In this document: positions 20,813 to 28,450 of the stretch, in pieces | Numbering within the stretch: the stretch's first letter is position 1 | Layout of the letters: each line of letters starts with the position of its first letter | Source: Planctomycetota bacterium | GTDB lineage: Bacteria; Planctomycetota; SZUA-567; H5-PLA8 | Direction of reading: 5' to 3' | DNA: 56,671 nucleotides | Assembly (NCBI GenBank): GCA_045863855.1 | Contig: BTVV01000033.1 | Span: 1-56,671, forward strand | Translations under genes and position numbers: made by a program | Notes under the pieces: generated by a model | Told to the model about the DNA's origin: nothing | Seen by the model: the letters and a program-made list of their open reading frames with translations, nothing else | Databases searched by the model: none

Positions 20813-21673
20813 CTAGGACACCACTTCCACCGGAGCGCCCTTGCGCCGCCGGATGATCTGCTTGTTGCTGCGCGCCTTGGGCTTGCGCGTCTTGCCGCCC
20901 TTGGCCAGCACGCCCGTCGGGGACTGCGGAATGTGGCCCTTGCGCCGAGCCGCGCCGCCGCCCATCGGATGGTCCACGGGGTTCTTCGCCATGCCGCGGC
21001 CCGTGGGACGCGTGCGCTGCGCCTGCATCCGCCGGCCCGCCTTACCCCACACCACCAACTCGTGGTCCACGTTCCCGACCTGACCGATCGTCGCCCGGCA
21101 CGCTTCCGGAATTTTGCGCATCTCGCCCGAAGGCAGCACGATATGAGCGTACCCGCCCTCGCGCGCCACCAGCCGCGCTTCCACACCAGCCGAACGCGCC
21201 AACTGCCCGCCGTTGCCCGGGCGCAGTTCGATGTTGTGAATCACCATGCCCAGCGGCATGCTCGCCAGCGGCATCGCGTTGCCCACGTCGGGCTCCACGT
21301 TTTCCTTGCCGCTCAACACCTTCGAACCGACCTTCAGGCCCTTCGGCGCGATGATGTAGCGCTTCTCGCCGTCCGCGTAATGCAGCCGCGCGATGAACGA
21401 AGAGCGGTACGGATCGTATTCGATCGCCGCCACCTTCGCTTCGATCCCATCCTTGTCGCGGCGGAAGTCCACCTTGCGGTAGAACCGCTTCATCCCGTGG
21501 CCCGAAATCACGCGGTTCGTCACGCGGCCGTGATGGTTGCGCCCGCCGGTCCCGGGGATGAACTCCCGCAGGCCCGCAATCGGCTTGAGCTTGCCTTCAA
21601 GCTCCGCCTTGTAGTCGATCACCGAGGCGCCGCGGCGGCCCGGAGTCACCGGCTTGTATTGTTTAATCGGCAT
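20813..21673 (-). CDS. rplB: 50S ribosomal protein L2
   Basis: YKPVTPGRR, GGRNHHGRVT, IEYDPYRS, QLARSAG, LPSGE, GKAGR, NPVDHPMGGG. Confidence 0.98.
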   Translation of the reverse strand: MPIKQYKPVTPGRRGASVIDYKAELEGKLKPIAGLREFIPGTGGRNHHGRVTNRVISGHGMKRFYRKVDFRRDKDGIEAKVAAIEYDPYRSSFIARLHYADGEKRYIIAPKGLKVGSKVLSGKENVEPDVGNAMPLASMPLGMVIHNIELRPGNGGQLARSAGVEARLVAREGGYAHIVLPSGEMRKIPEACRATIGQVGNVDHELVVWGKAGRRMQAQRTRPTGRGMAKNPVDHPMGGGAARRKGHIPQSPTGVLAKGGKTRKPKARSNKQIIRRRKGAPVEVVS

Positions 21674-21706
21674 CGTTCTTTCCTGCCTTCCACCACGGCC
21701 CGAGCG

Positions 21707-22390
21707 CTACTCCCAGGACCACCGTTCCGGCGGCCAAAAGCGCCAGCGCACCTTGCCCTTGATCTGCCGCCGCGAGACGTACCCGATCTCCGGATACCGG
21801 CTGTCACGCGAATTCCAACGCCGGTCGCCCAGTACGAAGAAGCGTTCCGGCGGCACCCGGTAGCGTTCGGTCAGCGGACCTTTCGGCTGCGCTTCCCGAT
21901 CCCCGGGCCGTACGTTTTCGATCTCCCAGTCCTGCACCAACGCGCGGCCGTTCACCCAGACCTGCTCGTCGTACAGCTCCACCGTATCGCCCGGACCGGC
22001 CACGACCCGCTTGATGAAGTCGCGGTGCACCCAGCGCCCGCCCGTCTCCATCACCGTCTCGAAAATCACCACATCGCCCAGGTGCGGGTCGCGCCAGCGG
22101 TACGTTAGCTTGTCAATCAGCAGCCGGTCTCCGGGATGATAACCCGGCTGCATCGAATCGCCCTTCACCACCGAGACCTGGAATACGCACAGGTAAATCA
22201 GGAGCGCCCAGAAACCCGCGCGCACCAAAAGCCCCACCCACTCCTTCAGGGCCTCCAGCGCACCGTCGCCCTCGTCGTCCCCCGGCTTCCCGGCGCAGTC
22301 CGCATCCTGCTTCTCGACCCGATCTTCCTCGCGCACCGCTTCCACGATCAGGCGGCCTTCCAGGCCTCCGTCGCGAGCGCCGTCGCTCAT
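21707..22390 (-). CDS. lepB: Signal peptidase I (S26)
   Basis: Single TM helix, box B VKGDSMQP (catalytic Ser), GDRLLIDK, GDVVIF, box D FIKRVVAGPGD (catalytic Lys), box E FVLGDRRWNSRDSR, C-terminal RFWPP. Confidence 0.95.
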   Translation of the reverse strand: MSDGARDGGLEGRLIVEAVREEDRVEKQDADCAGKPGDDEGDGALEALKEWVGLLVRAGFWALLIYLCVFQVSVVKGDSMQPGYHPGDRLLIDKLTYRWRDPHLGDVVIFETVMETGGRWVHRDFIKRVVAGPGDTVELYDEQVWVNGRALVQDWEIENVRPGDREAQPKGPLTERYRVPPERFFVLGDRRWNSRDSRYPEIGYVSRRQIKGKVRWRFWPPERWSWE

Positions 22391-22406
22391 GCCTCTACCC
22401 GCCGCA

Positions 22407-22760
22407 TCAGATCAGGTCGATGGTCTTGCTGTCCTTCGTCAGGCGAATCACGGCCTTCTTGCGCACCCGCGTCTGGCCCACTCCGCTGGCCTTGCGCGAC
22501 ATCCGGAAGCTGCGCTGACGCGGCTTGACGATCATCGTGCTGACGCTTTCCACCTGCACGCCGAACGCCTGCTCCACGGCACGCTTAATCTGGTCCTTCG
22601 TCGACTTCGGGTGCACCTCGAAGGTGTACCGCGCACGATGTTCCTCACCCGACTTCTGGTGCAAGGGAAGCTGGTCGTGCGTCTTTTCGGTCAGCACCGG
22701 GCGGCGCAGGACGTCGTAGGCGTCCTTCACCAGGCCGTGGGCGCGATGATGGCGGCTCAT
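22407..22760 (-). CDS. rplW: 50S ribosomal protein L23 (117 aa)
   Basis: VLRRPVLTEK, YTFEV, K.QIKRAVE..F.V.V, KKAVIRL. ATGA overlap with the rplD stop. Confidence 0.95.
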   Translation of the reverse strand: MSRHHRAHGLVKDAYDVLRRPVLTEKTHDQLPLHQKSGEEHRARYTFEVHPKSTKDQIKRAVEQAFGVQVESVSTMIVKPRQRSFRMSRKASGVGQTRVRKKAVIRLTKDSKTIDLI

Positions 22761-23383
22761 GACTTCACGATCTCCGCGAGGTTCTCCACGGCGTCTTTGG
22801 TCAGCAGCAGACTCTTGTGCTTCAGGATGTCGTAGGCGTTCAGGTTGCGGGCGGGGACGAGGCGGGCGCGTTCGAGGTTTCGGGCGGATTTGACTACGTT
22901 CTCGCCCGGCGTTCGTGCGGCCACCAGACACGACTGATTATCGAGGCCCAGCTTCTTCAACGCCGTCGCGAAGCGCTTCGACTTCGGCGCCTCGTATTCC
23001 AGCTTGTCGATGATCTTGATCTGGCTGTCGATGAGTTTGCTGAGGAGGGCGGACTTCAGGGCTTCGCGGCGCATCCGGATCGGCATTTCCTGGCGGTAGT
23101 CGCGCGGCTGCGGGCCCCAGGCAACGCCACCCTTGCGCCACAGCGGCGATCGCCGCGTGCCCGCACGGGCGCGCCCCGTATGCTTCTGCTTCCAAGGCTT
23201 CTTGCCCGATCCGGCGCGCTCGGCTTTCGACTTCGTCTTATGCGTGCCCAGACGAAGGTTGGCCTCGTATTGCACCACCGCCTGGTGCAATAGTTTGCGC
23301 CGGACCTTCTCGCCCAGCACCTTCTCGTCGAGCGCGACCTTGCCCACTTCCTGGCCTTGCTCGTTGAATACGGACAGTTCCAT
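22757..23383 (-). CDS. rplD: 50S ribosomal protein L4
   Basis: GTHKTK, GSGKKPWKQKHTGRARAG, SPLWRKGG..GPQPRDY, SARNL, LNAYDIL. ATG at 23383 follows GGAG. Confidence 0.98.
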   Translation of the reverse strand: MELSVFNEQGQEVGKVALDEKVLGEKVRRKLLHQAVVQYEANLRLGTHKTKSKAERAGSGKKPWKQKHTGRARAGTRRSPLWRKGGVAWGPQPRDYRQEMPIRMRREALKSALLSKLIDSQIKIIDKLEYEAPKSKRFATALKKLGLDNQSCLVAARTPGENVVKSARNLERARLVPARNLNAYDILKHKSLLLTKDAVENLAEIVKS

Positions 23384-23592
23384 CGCCGCCTTCTCCACCG
23401 CGCGCTACCCCGCGCGCCTTCCAAACACAAGGGAGCCGAAGGCCAAGGAGGTCTCCCCTACAGTCGGGCCACGCCCGACCGCGACCTCGCTAGTCTTCAG
23501 CTCCCTGGAGACTGCTAACCTCGGGCTCTGAACTTACGGCCTTCGCGCCGCTTTCAAGCCCTAGAGGGGTACAAGCCTGCCTCAGCAGGGAG
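23384..23592 (-). ncRNA. Candidate structured 5' leader (r-leader) of the rplD-led operon
   Basis: Non-coding stretch between the promoter and rplD. Contains a 75-nt multi-segment hairpin (23431-23505), small hairpins CCUGC-UGAG-GCAGG and CCC-UCUA-GGG, and GCGCGC-GGGGUA-GCGCGC next to the RBS. Confidence 0.5.
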
Positions 23593-23597
23593 GGCTA

Positions 23598-23625
23598 AAG
23601 ATAGCGAGCACATGTGCTGCGTCAA
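23598..23625 (-). promoter_or_regulatory. Putative sigma70 promoter of the r-protein operon, with a palindrome in the spacer
   Basis: Minus strand TTGACG-16 nt-TATCTT, AT-rich upstream. The spacer contains the perfect palindrome AGCACATGTGCT (23607-23618). Confidence 0.65.
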
Positions 23626-23691
23626 CGCCATTTTTCACAATGCTTGCACAAAGTTAATCTCGCGTCGCCCCAACCACCCTACTCGCGGCAT

Positions 23692-23736
23692 TTATAAAAG
23701 GAAAGGCGAGCCAGCTTCCGCTCTGGCTCGCCTCTC
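23692..23736 (-). terminator. Rho-independent terminator of the pilin cluster
   Basis: 11-bp perfect stem AGGCGAGCCAG/CTGGCTCGCCT (23704-23733), followed on the minus strand by TTCCTTTTATAAA. Confidence 0.8.
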
Positions 23737-23766
23737 AGCCCCCGCATCCAACACGCCATTTTACCT

Positions 23767-26259
23767 TTAAGGTAGCGAGCCGACGTTGCGCGCCCAGCCC
23801 CGGCGCAGCAGGCCCCACGTCACCTGATCCGTATCGTCCAGCGGCAGGAACTGTTGCACTCGCGCATCGTAGTTCACCGTAAAGGCTTTGCGCTCGTAGC
23901 GATAGCTCCCGTCCGGGAGCCGCACCAGGTTGTAGCCGGCCGCCGGCGTGCTGCGCGTGGCCGTACCGCCGGGTACGAGAATCCCCAAATCCGGCGCGAT
24001 CAGCGCGCCGTTGACCTGCATGAACCCGCCCGATTTCGTATTCACCTTCGACCACGAACCGCCCGACCACGTCTGCGTGCCCACGTTCCAGGTTCCCGAG
24101 TACTTCTGAATCCGCTTGCGCTCGATCGCGAAGATCGCGTTGTTCGTGTAAAGGAGCCCGTCGAGCTGCCGTGGCTGGCTGGGCCGCTTCTGCTCTTCGT
24201 CCAGAATCAGCGCCAGCATGTTCCCCGGCGTAATCCAATCCGGATGGATATGCAGCTTCTGCGCGTTCGCCTCCTGCGGGCCCTGCATCGGGATCTGATC
24301 CAGGTTGCGCATCGTATTGTAAGTGTGCGGGTCGGCCGTGTTGTTCCACCAGTTCTTGGACGTCAGGAACTTGTTCTTGTCGTTTAAGTACACCGGCACG
24401 TTCCCGTTCTTGTAGAAGCTGTAGTACCTCGGCACGTAATTGGGGTCGTACACCGGATTGACCAGCGTGTACTTCGACGCGTTAGTGATGTGCGCCGTGG
24501 TGTTGACGAAATTGCTCGTGCTCGTCGTCGGCACGTGCGTCAGCGTACGGGTCAGTTCGTCGCGATTGAAGAACGCCAGTTCCTCCACCACGAAGTTAGC
24601 AAAGTTGGCGTTATTGGGACTCGCGCCGTTCAGGCTGGTCGTATCCGGCAGCGTATAGCCCGCGACTTTGTCCCCCGGCTCAGGCTTGCCGTACTGGTAA
24701 AAGTTAGTCTTCCCCGAATCCCAGTGCGTCACCTGGCTCAGGTAGTCGCCAATCACGATATTGCCGCCCGCCACCATCCCCAGCAGGTTCGAGGTGTCGT
24801 TCGAGTTCACGCCGAAGACTTCCGAATCCACCACTCCGTCGGCGTTGGTGTCGATCTGCTTGTTCTTGTAGATCACATCTCCGGGCGCGTAGATGTTCCC
24901 CGTGGCCCAGATCTGGCCGTTGCCTTCCACGTACCCGCGGATCATCACGTCGCCTTCGACCATCACCTTCCCGTCCAGCTTGATCGGATTGCTCTGCGTC
25001 CCCACCAGAATCAGATTCCCCGTATGCGTCTGATTGATGTTGGCCGCCGAGCCCGTCGTGGGCAGTTTTGCCGCGTTGTACGACGACCCGATAGGTACGT
25101 TCAACGCGATCCCGCCCGTCACCTTGCCGATCGCATCCGCCGCCGCGTCGGCCTTCTCTTCCGGATCGATCTTGCGGTTCACCGTCGGATTGCCCGAAAC
25201 CACCGGGTGAATGTCCTTGAACGGCGCCGGGAATGTCGTCGGCAGATCCCCGTCGCTGCCTTCCATCTTCACCGGATCCTTCGAGTAGTTCAGGTACAGG
25301 CTCTGGTTTGGCGGCCAAAGACCCGTGCTGCCGTCGGCGCCGTCGTCGTAAAAGCTGGTGTAATGCACCGCCCCGGGCTTGGTGTCCTCGGCCGCTTGCT
25401 GGTAAATGCTGTTCTCCCGGTCGCCGGCGTCGTCCTCGTTGAAGACCGCGCAGCGAAACGTCGATCCCGTCAATTGGCTCATATTCAGCGCGTCCCCGCT
25501 GAACTCTTCCTCGATCCGGCCGCGGTGGTACAGCGTGCCTTCTACGAACGACTCCGCGCTGCCCGGGCGAATCGCCAGCAGCTCCAGCGTGCCCACCTTC
25601 GCGCGTTCGAACGTACCGTAATCGTCCGGGTACGGATTGCGCGCCTTGGCCAGATTCTGGACGTGCAGGTGGCAGACCGAGCAGGTGATGTTGTTGGTCA
25701 GGATCGCGAACTTGAGCCCGTCGAACTTGTCCGGATTCCGCGCCGTCACCGCCCGCGAGGCCCAGACCGTTTCCCCCGAGTCCGCCCGCGCTTCCACTTC
25801 GACCAGCAGGTCCGTGAATTTCAAATAGCCGGCCGACTCCTCGCGGTCCTGCCGCGTCAGCCGGACTTTCGTGATCGTCGCCGCACCGATGCGCTGCCCG
25901 ATCCAGGCCGTCCCGTGCGGATTAGCGGCGTCCACCGTCACCTGCCCCGTCCCCGGACCGTTCAGCGTCGGATCCACCAGCGAAGGAAACCGCGCCGCCA
26001 GCCGGCCCCGGAAATCGCTGTTGCCCAGAGTCCGTTGGTGCAGGTGGTCGCCCCAAAGGTCGCTTACCACCAGATCCACCGCTCCCGTCGAAGCGTAAAA
26101 CGCCGCTTCTCGGCCCAGCGTCCGGTCGGTGTTCTGTGCGTTGTCCGAACTGATCTGCAGGATCGCCATCATCATCGCCGTGGCGAAGACGATCGAGATC
26201 AGCGCGACGATCAACGCCGCGCCGCGCGGGCGCGCACTCCGTTTCGTCAGCATAAACAC
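23767..26259 (-). CDS. Large PilX/GspK-like prepilin protein (830 aa) with extended beta-rich C-terminal region
   Basis: Class III leader RPRG|AALIVAL lacking Glu5 (a PilX/GspK hallmark) and the helix motif REAAFYAS.GA. The C-terminal region is rich in N/T/G/D, with repeats like DGKVMVEGDVMIRG.VEGNGQIWATGNIY. Confidence 0.75.
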   Translation of the reverse strand: MFMLTKRSARPRGAALIVALISIVFATAMMMAILQISSDNAQNTDRTLGREAAFYASTGAVDLVVSDLWGDHLHQRTLGNSDFRGRLAARFPSLVDPTLNGPGTGQVTVDAANPHGTAWIGQRIGAATITKVRLTRQDREESAGYLKFTDLLVEVEARADSGETVWASRAVTARNPDKFDGLKFAILTNNITCSVCHLHVQNLAKARNPYPDDYGTFERAKVGTLELLAIRPGSAESFVEGTLYHRGRIEEEFSGDALNMSQLTGSTFRCAVFNEDDAGDRENSIYQQAAEDTKPGAVHYTSFYDDGADGSTGLWPPNQSLYLNYSKDPVKMEGSDGDLPTTFPAPFKDIHPVVSGNPTVNRKIDPEEKADAAADAIGKVTGGIALNVPIGSSYNAAKLPTTGSAANINQTHTGNLILVGTQSNPIKLDGKVMVEGDVMIRGYVEGNGQIWATGNIYAPGDVIYKNKQIDTNADGVVDSEVFGVNSNDTSNLLGMVAGGNIVIGDYLSQVTHWDSGKTNFYQYGKPEPGDKVAGYTLPDTTSLNGASPNNANFANFVVEELAFFNRDELTRTLTHVPTTSTSNFVNTTAHITNASKYTLVNPVYDPNYVPRYYSFYKNGNVPVYLNDKNKFLTSKNWWNNTADPHTYNTMRNLDQIPMQGPQEANAQKLHIHPDWITPGNMLALILDEEQKRPSQPRQLDGLLYTNNAIFAIERKRIQKYSGTWNVGTQTWSGGSWSKVNTKSGGFMQVNGALIAPDLGILVPGGTATRSTPAAGYNLVRLPDGSYRYERKAFTVNYDARVQQFLPLDDTDQVTWGLLRRGWARNVGSLP

Positions 26260-26269
26260 GTCCTCCGGC

Positions 26270-27112
26270 TCACACGGAATTGCGGAAGTAATTGATCTTC
26301 GTCTTCACCACCCGCACGCGGCCCTTCTTCTCGCGCGGGTCCACGGCCATGATCTGGATCTCCAGCTTCGCGTCCCAGCGGCCGTTGTTGTTCGCGTCGG
26401 TGTACGTGTCCAGGTCCGGTTTGTCGTAGATATTGTTGTCGTTCTTGTCCACGAACGGCTCCGAATCCAGGTTGAAGACTCGCCCCATCACCCCGCCCGC
26501 CAGTTCCACGCAGCACCGGCCGGCCAGCACCCGCGGATTGCCCGGGCCCACCGCCTGGTCGTTGCGCATGAAGACCAGCGAACTGATCGTGAACGTGTCC
26601 GTCTTGTCGCCGTCCTTGTTCAGGTCTTCCTGCACCGCCGCTTCCGAGATCGTCTGGATCGGCGGCACGAACGCGACCTCCGGGTCCCCCGGCTTGACGA
26701 ACTTGATCGTGTACGTCGCGTTCGTCTGCTCCCCGCCCGCCGCGTTATTCCCGAAGGCCACGTGGTTGCCCATATCGCCCGTGCCGAACGCCACCGCCCC
26801 CGTACTCGACCAGTCGATCTGGCCGTTCGTCGACTTTAGCGGCAGCACGTACGTGAACGAAAGCCCGTCGTCGCTGAGCGCCAGCGGCCGAGATTCCTCG
26901 ACCTGGAAGACCATCTCGTTCATCACCCGCCGCAACCGCGTCTGCAGATCCGTCTCGGCGAACTCTTCGGTCGCCACGAGATTCTGCGCCACCAGCAGCC
27001 CGTGGAACGCCACGATCAGCACGGTCAGAATCGCCATCGAAAGCGCGGCTTCGAGCAGCGTGAAACCCGCCTGCGCCCGCCTCCGTCCTAGTAACGACTG
27101 ATGACCGTCCAT
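26270..27112 (-). CDS. PilW/GspJ-like prepilin with N-terminal cleavage/methylation motif
   Basis: RRRAQAG|FTLLEAALSMAIL with Glu5. Dx[DN]xDG-like motifs DLNKDGDKTD, DKNDNNIYD, DANNNGRWD. Confidence 0.8.
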   Translation of the reverse strand: MDGHQSLLGRRRAQAGFTLLEAALSMAILTVLIVAFHGLLVAQNLVATEEFAETDLQTRLRRVMNEMVFQVEESRPLALSDDGLSFTYVLPLKSTNGQIDWSSTGAVAFGTGDMGNHVAFGNNAAGGEQTNATYTIKFVKPGDPEVAFVPPIQTISEAAVQEDLNKDGDKTDTFTISSLVFMRNDQAVGPGNPRVLAGRCCVELAGGVMGRVFNLDSEPFVDKNDNNIYDKPDLDTYTDANNNGRWDAKLEIQIMAVDPREKKGRVRVVKTKINYFRNSV

Positions 27113-27699
27113 GTCTCGTACCGCTCCTCGCCGTAGCGCCCCATCCAGCGGATGATCACGCCCACCGGGTATCGCCGGCCCGTCTTGTTGGTCACGATCG
27201 CCGCGTGATTGTCCAGCGTGTCGCCGTCCATGTTCAGATCCAGCGGCAGTGGGAACGACTTCACCCCGTCGGGCAGGCCGTTCTTGGGCAGGAGATCCCC
27301 GCCCCAGTCCGCGCGGTCCTTCGTCTCGTCCGTCACGATCACCAGTTCGCCCGCGTAATCGTCCACCAGCCCCGGCAGCACGCCGCGCGCGGGTTCATTC
27401 GGATCGTGGCTCAGGTACACCCGGAACGGGAAACGCCGCTGCGTCAGCGGATCGACCGGAAACTGGATCATCAGCTCGTCGAACGCCGTAGCGGCCACGA
27501 TCTCCAGCGCTTCCCGCGTCGCCCGCGCCGCCGCCGCGTACTCGTCCGACTGCCGCGTCGCCGACATCGCCGTCACGTGCGCCTGCGTCAGCGACGCCGC
27601 GCAGATCGCCAGCAGCGTCGCCGCCACCAGAATCTCCAGCAACGAAAGGCCCCGCGGCCGCGTCTTTCCGGGTCGGAGCATGCGCGCGATCGAACGCAT
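27088..27699 (-). CDS. PilV/GspI-like prepilin with N-terminal cleavage/methylation motif
   Basis: RPRG|LSLLEILVAATLL with Glu5, A..A.REALE helix, DLNMDGDTLD motif, C-terminal V.IRW. Confidence 0.8.
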   Translation of the reverse strand: MRSIARMLRPGKTRPRGLSLLEILVAATLLAICAASLTQAHVTAMSATRQSDEYAAAARATREALEIVAATAFDELMIQFPVDPLTQRRFPFRVYLSHDPNEPARGVLPGLVDDYAGELVIVTDETKDRADWGGDLLPKNGLPDGVKSFPLPLDLNMDGDTLDNHAAIVTNKTGRRYPVGVIIRWMGRYGEERYETWTVISRY

Positions 27700-27705
27700 C
27701 GTTCG

Positions 27706-28092
27706 TTACTCCGCTTGAGCCTCGGGATCGGGTCGCATCGGCGCGCCGTGTGTCGCCGCCGTGTCGCCCACCCGCACCTTCACTTCCGTCAAATTGAGAT
27801 CCAGCCCATCGACCTTGTTCTGCAATTGCCGCACGAAGCGCTGCTGGTTGTCGAAGTTACGCATGAAATTCGCCAACTCCACGCGCATCTTGTTCACCTC
27901 GATCAACGCCTGCGTGTCCGGCGGTGTCGGCGCTTCCTCCACCGGCCGTTCCAGCGCCTGCAGGCTGTTCCGCCAAGCCATCATCGAGAACACCAAGCTC
28001 CCGAACGAAGACAGCGCCAACAGCGCCATTCCCGCCATCAGAAAGACCTGCCGATCCTTGGCTTTTTCAAGCTCCGGCAACGGTCGCGCCAT
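27706..28092 (-). CDS. Small single-TM coiled-coil hypothetical protein (paralog A)
   Basis: 128 aa, N-terminal TM VFLMAGMALLALSSFGSLVFSMMAW, Pro linker, heptad coiled coil. Lies 6 nt upstream of the pilV-like gene. Confidence 0.7.
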   Translation of the reverse strand: MARPLPELEKAKDRQVFLMAGMALLALSSFGSLVFSMMAWRNSLQALERPVEEAPTPPDTQALIEVNKMRVELANFMRNFDNQQRFVRQLQNKVDGLDLNLTEVKVRVGDTAATHGAPMRPDPEAQAE

Positions 28093-28202
28093 GACATCCC
28101 TCGCTTCAGGTTTTTATGCCTTTTGAATCGTCTACCGCGTAAAACTCATAATCTCTTTATTCAAATCTATTTATGAATCACACATCTACTTAAAACCCGT
28201 TT

Positions 28203-28219
28203 TGCACCTTGTGTACCAA
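28203..28219 (-). promoter_or_regulatory. Putative sigma54 (-24/-12) promoter
   Basis: Minus strand TTGGTACACAAGGTGCA has GG-N10-GC spacing, about 110 nt upstream of the 28092 start, in an AT-rich spacer. Confidence 0.6.
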
Positions 28220-28450
28220 GCAAACGAATTTACCCTACACGCACCCGATTTCGCAAGCCCTCCACAAGAAATTTAAACAAACAAAAATGTCTAAACGTCG
28301 TTGCGCTGACTTTAGTGCACCTTGCGCGGATTTGGTTTCCTACCCCTTTTTGCAATTAGTCGCGCCGCTATTTGGAGTTGTACGCAGACCAGCACGGGCC
28401 AAGAGACCGTGCTGATCCATTACGCGCAGCGATTGAGATAAAGAATATTT

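Noticed and set aside
10328..22108. Long plus-strand ORFs (692, 681 and 706 aa and others) opposite the r-protein operon
   Set aside because: Antisense shadows caused by high GC3 codon bias; they are Arg/His/Ala-rich with no recognisable motifs.
23431..23505. Long hairpin considered as SRP RNA, 6S RNA or a tRNA
   Set aside because: It lacks the SRP GNRA loop with CAGG/AGCA internal loops, a cloverleaf or T-loop, and a clear 6S-like central bubble. Kept only as a leader candidate.
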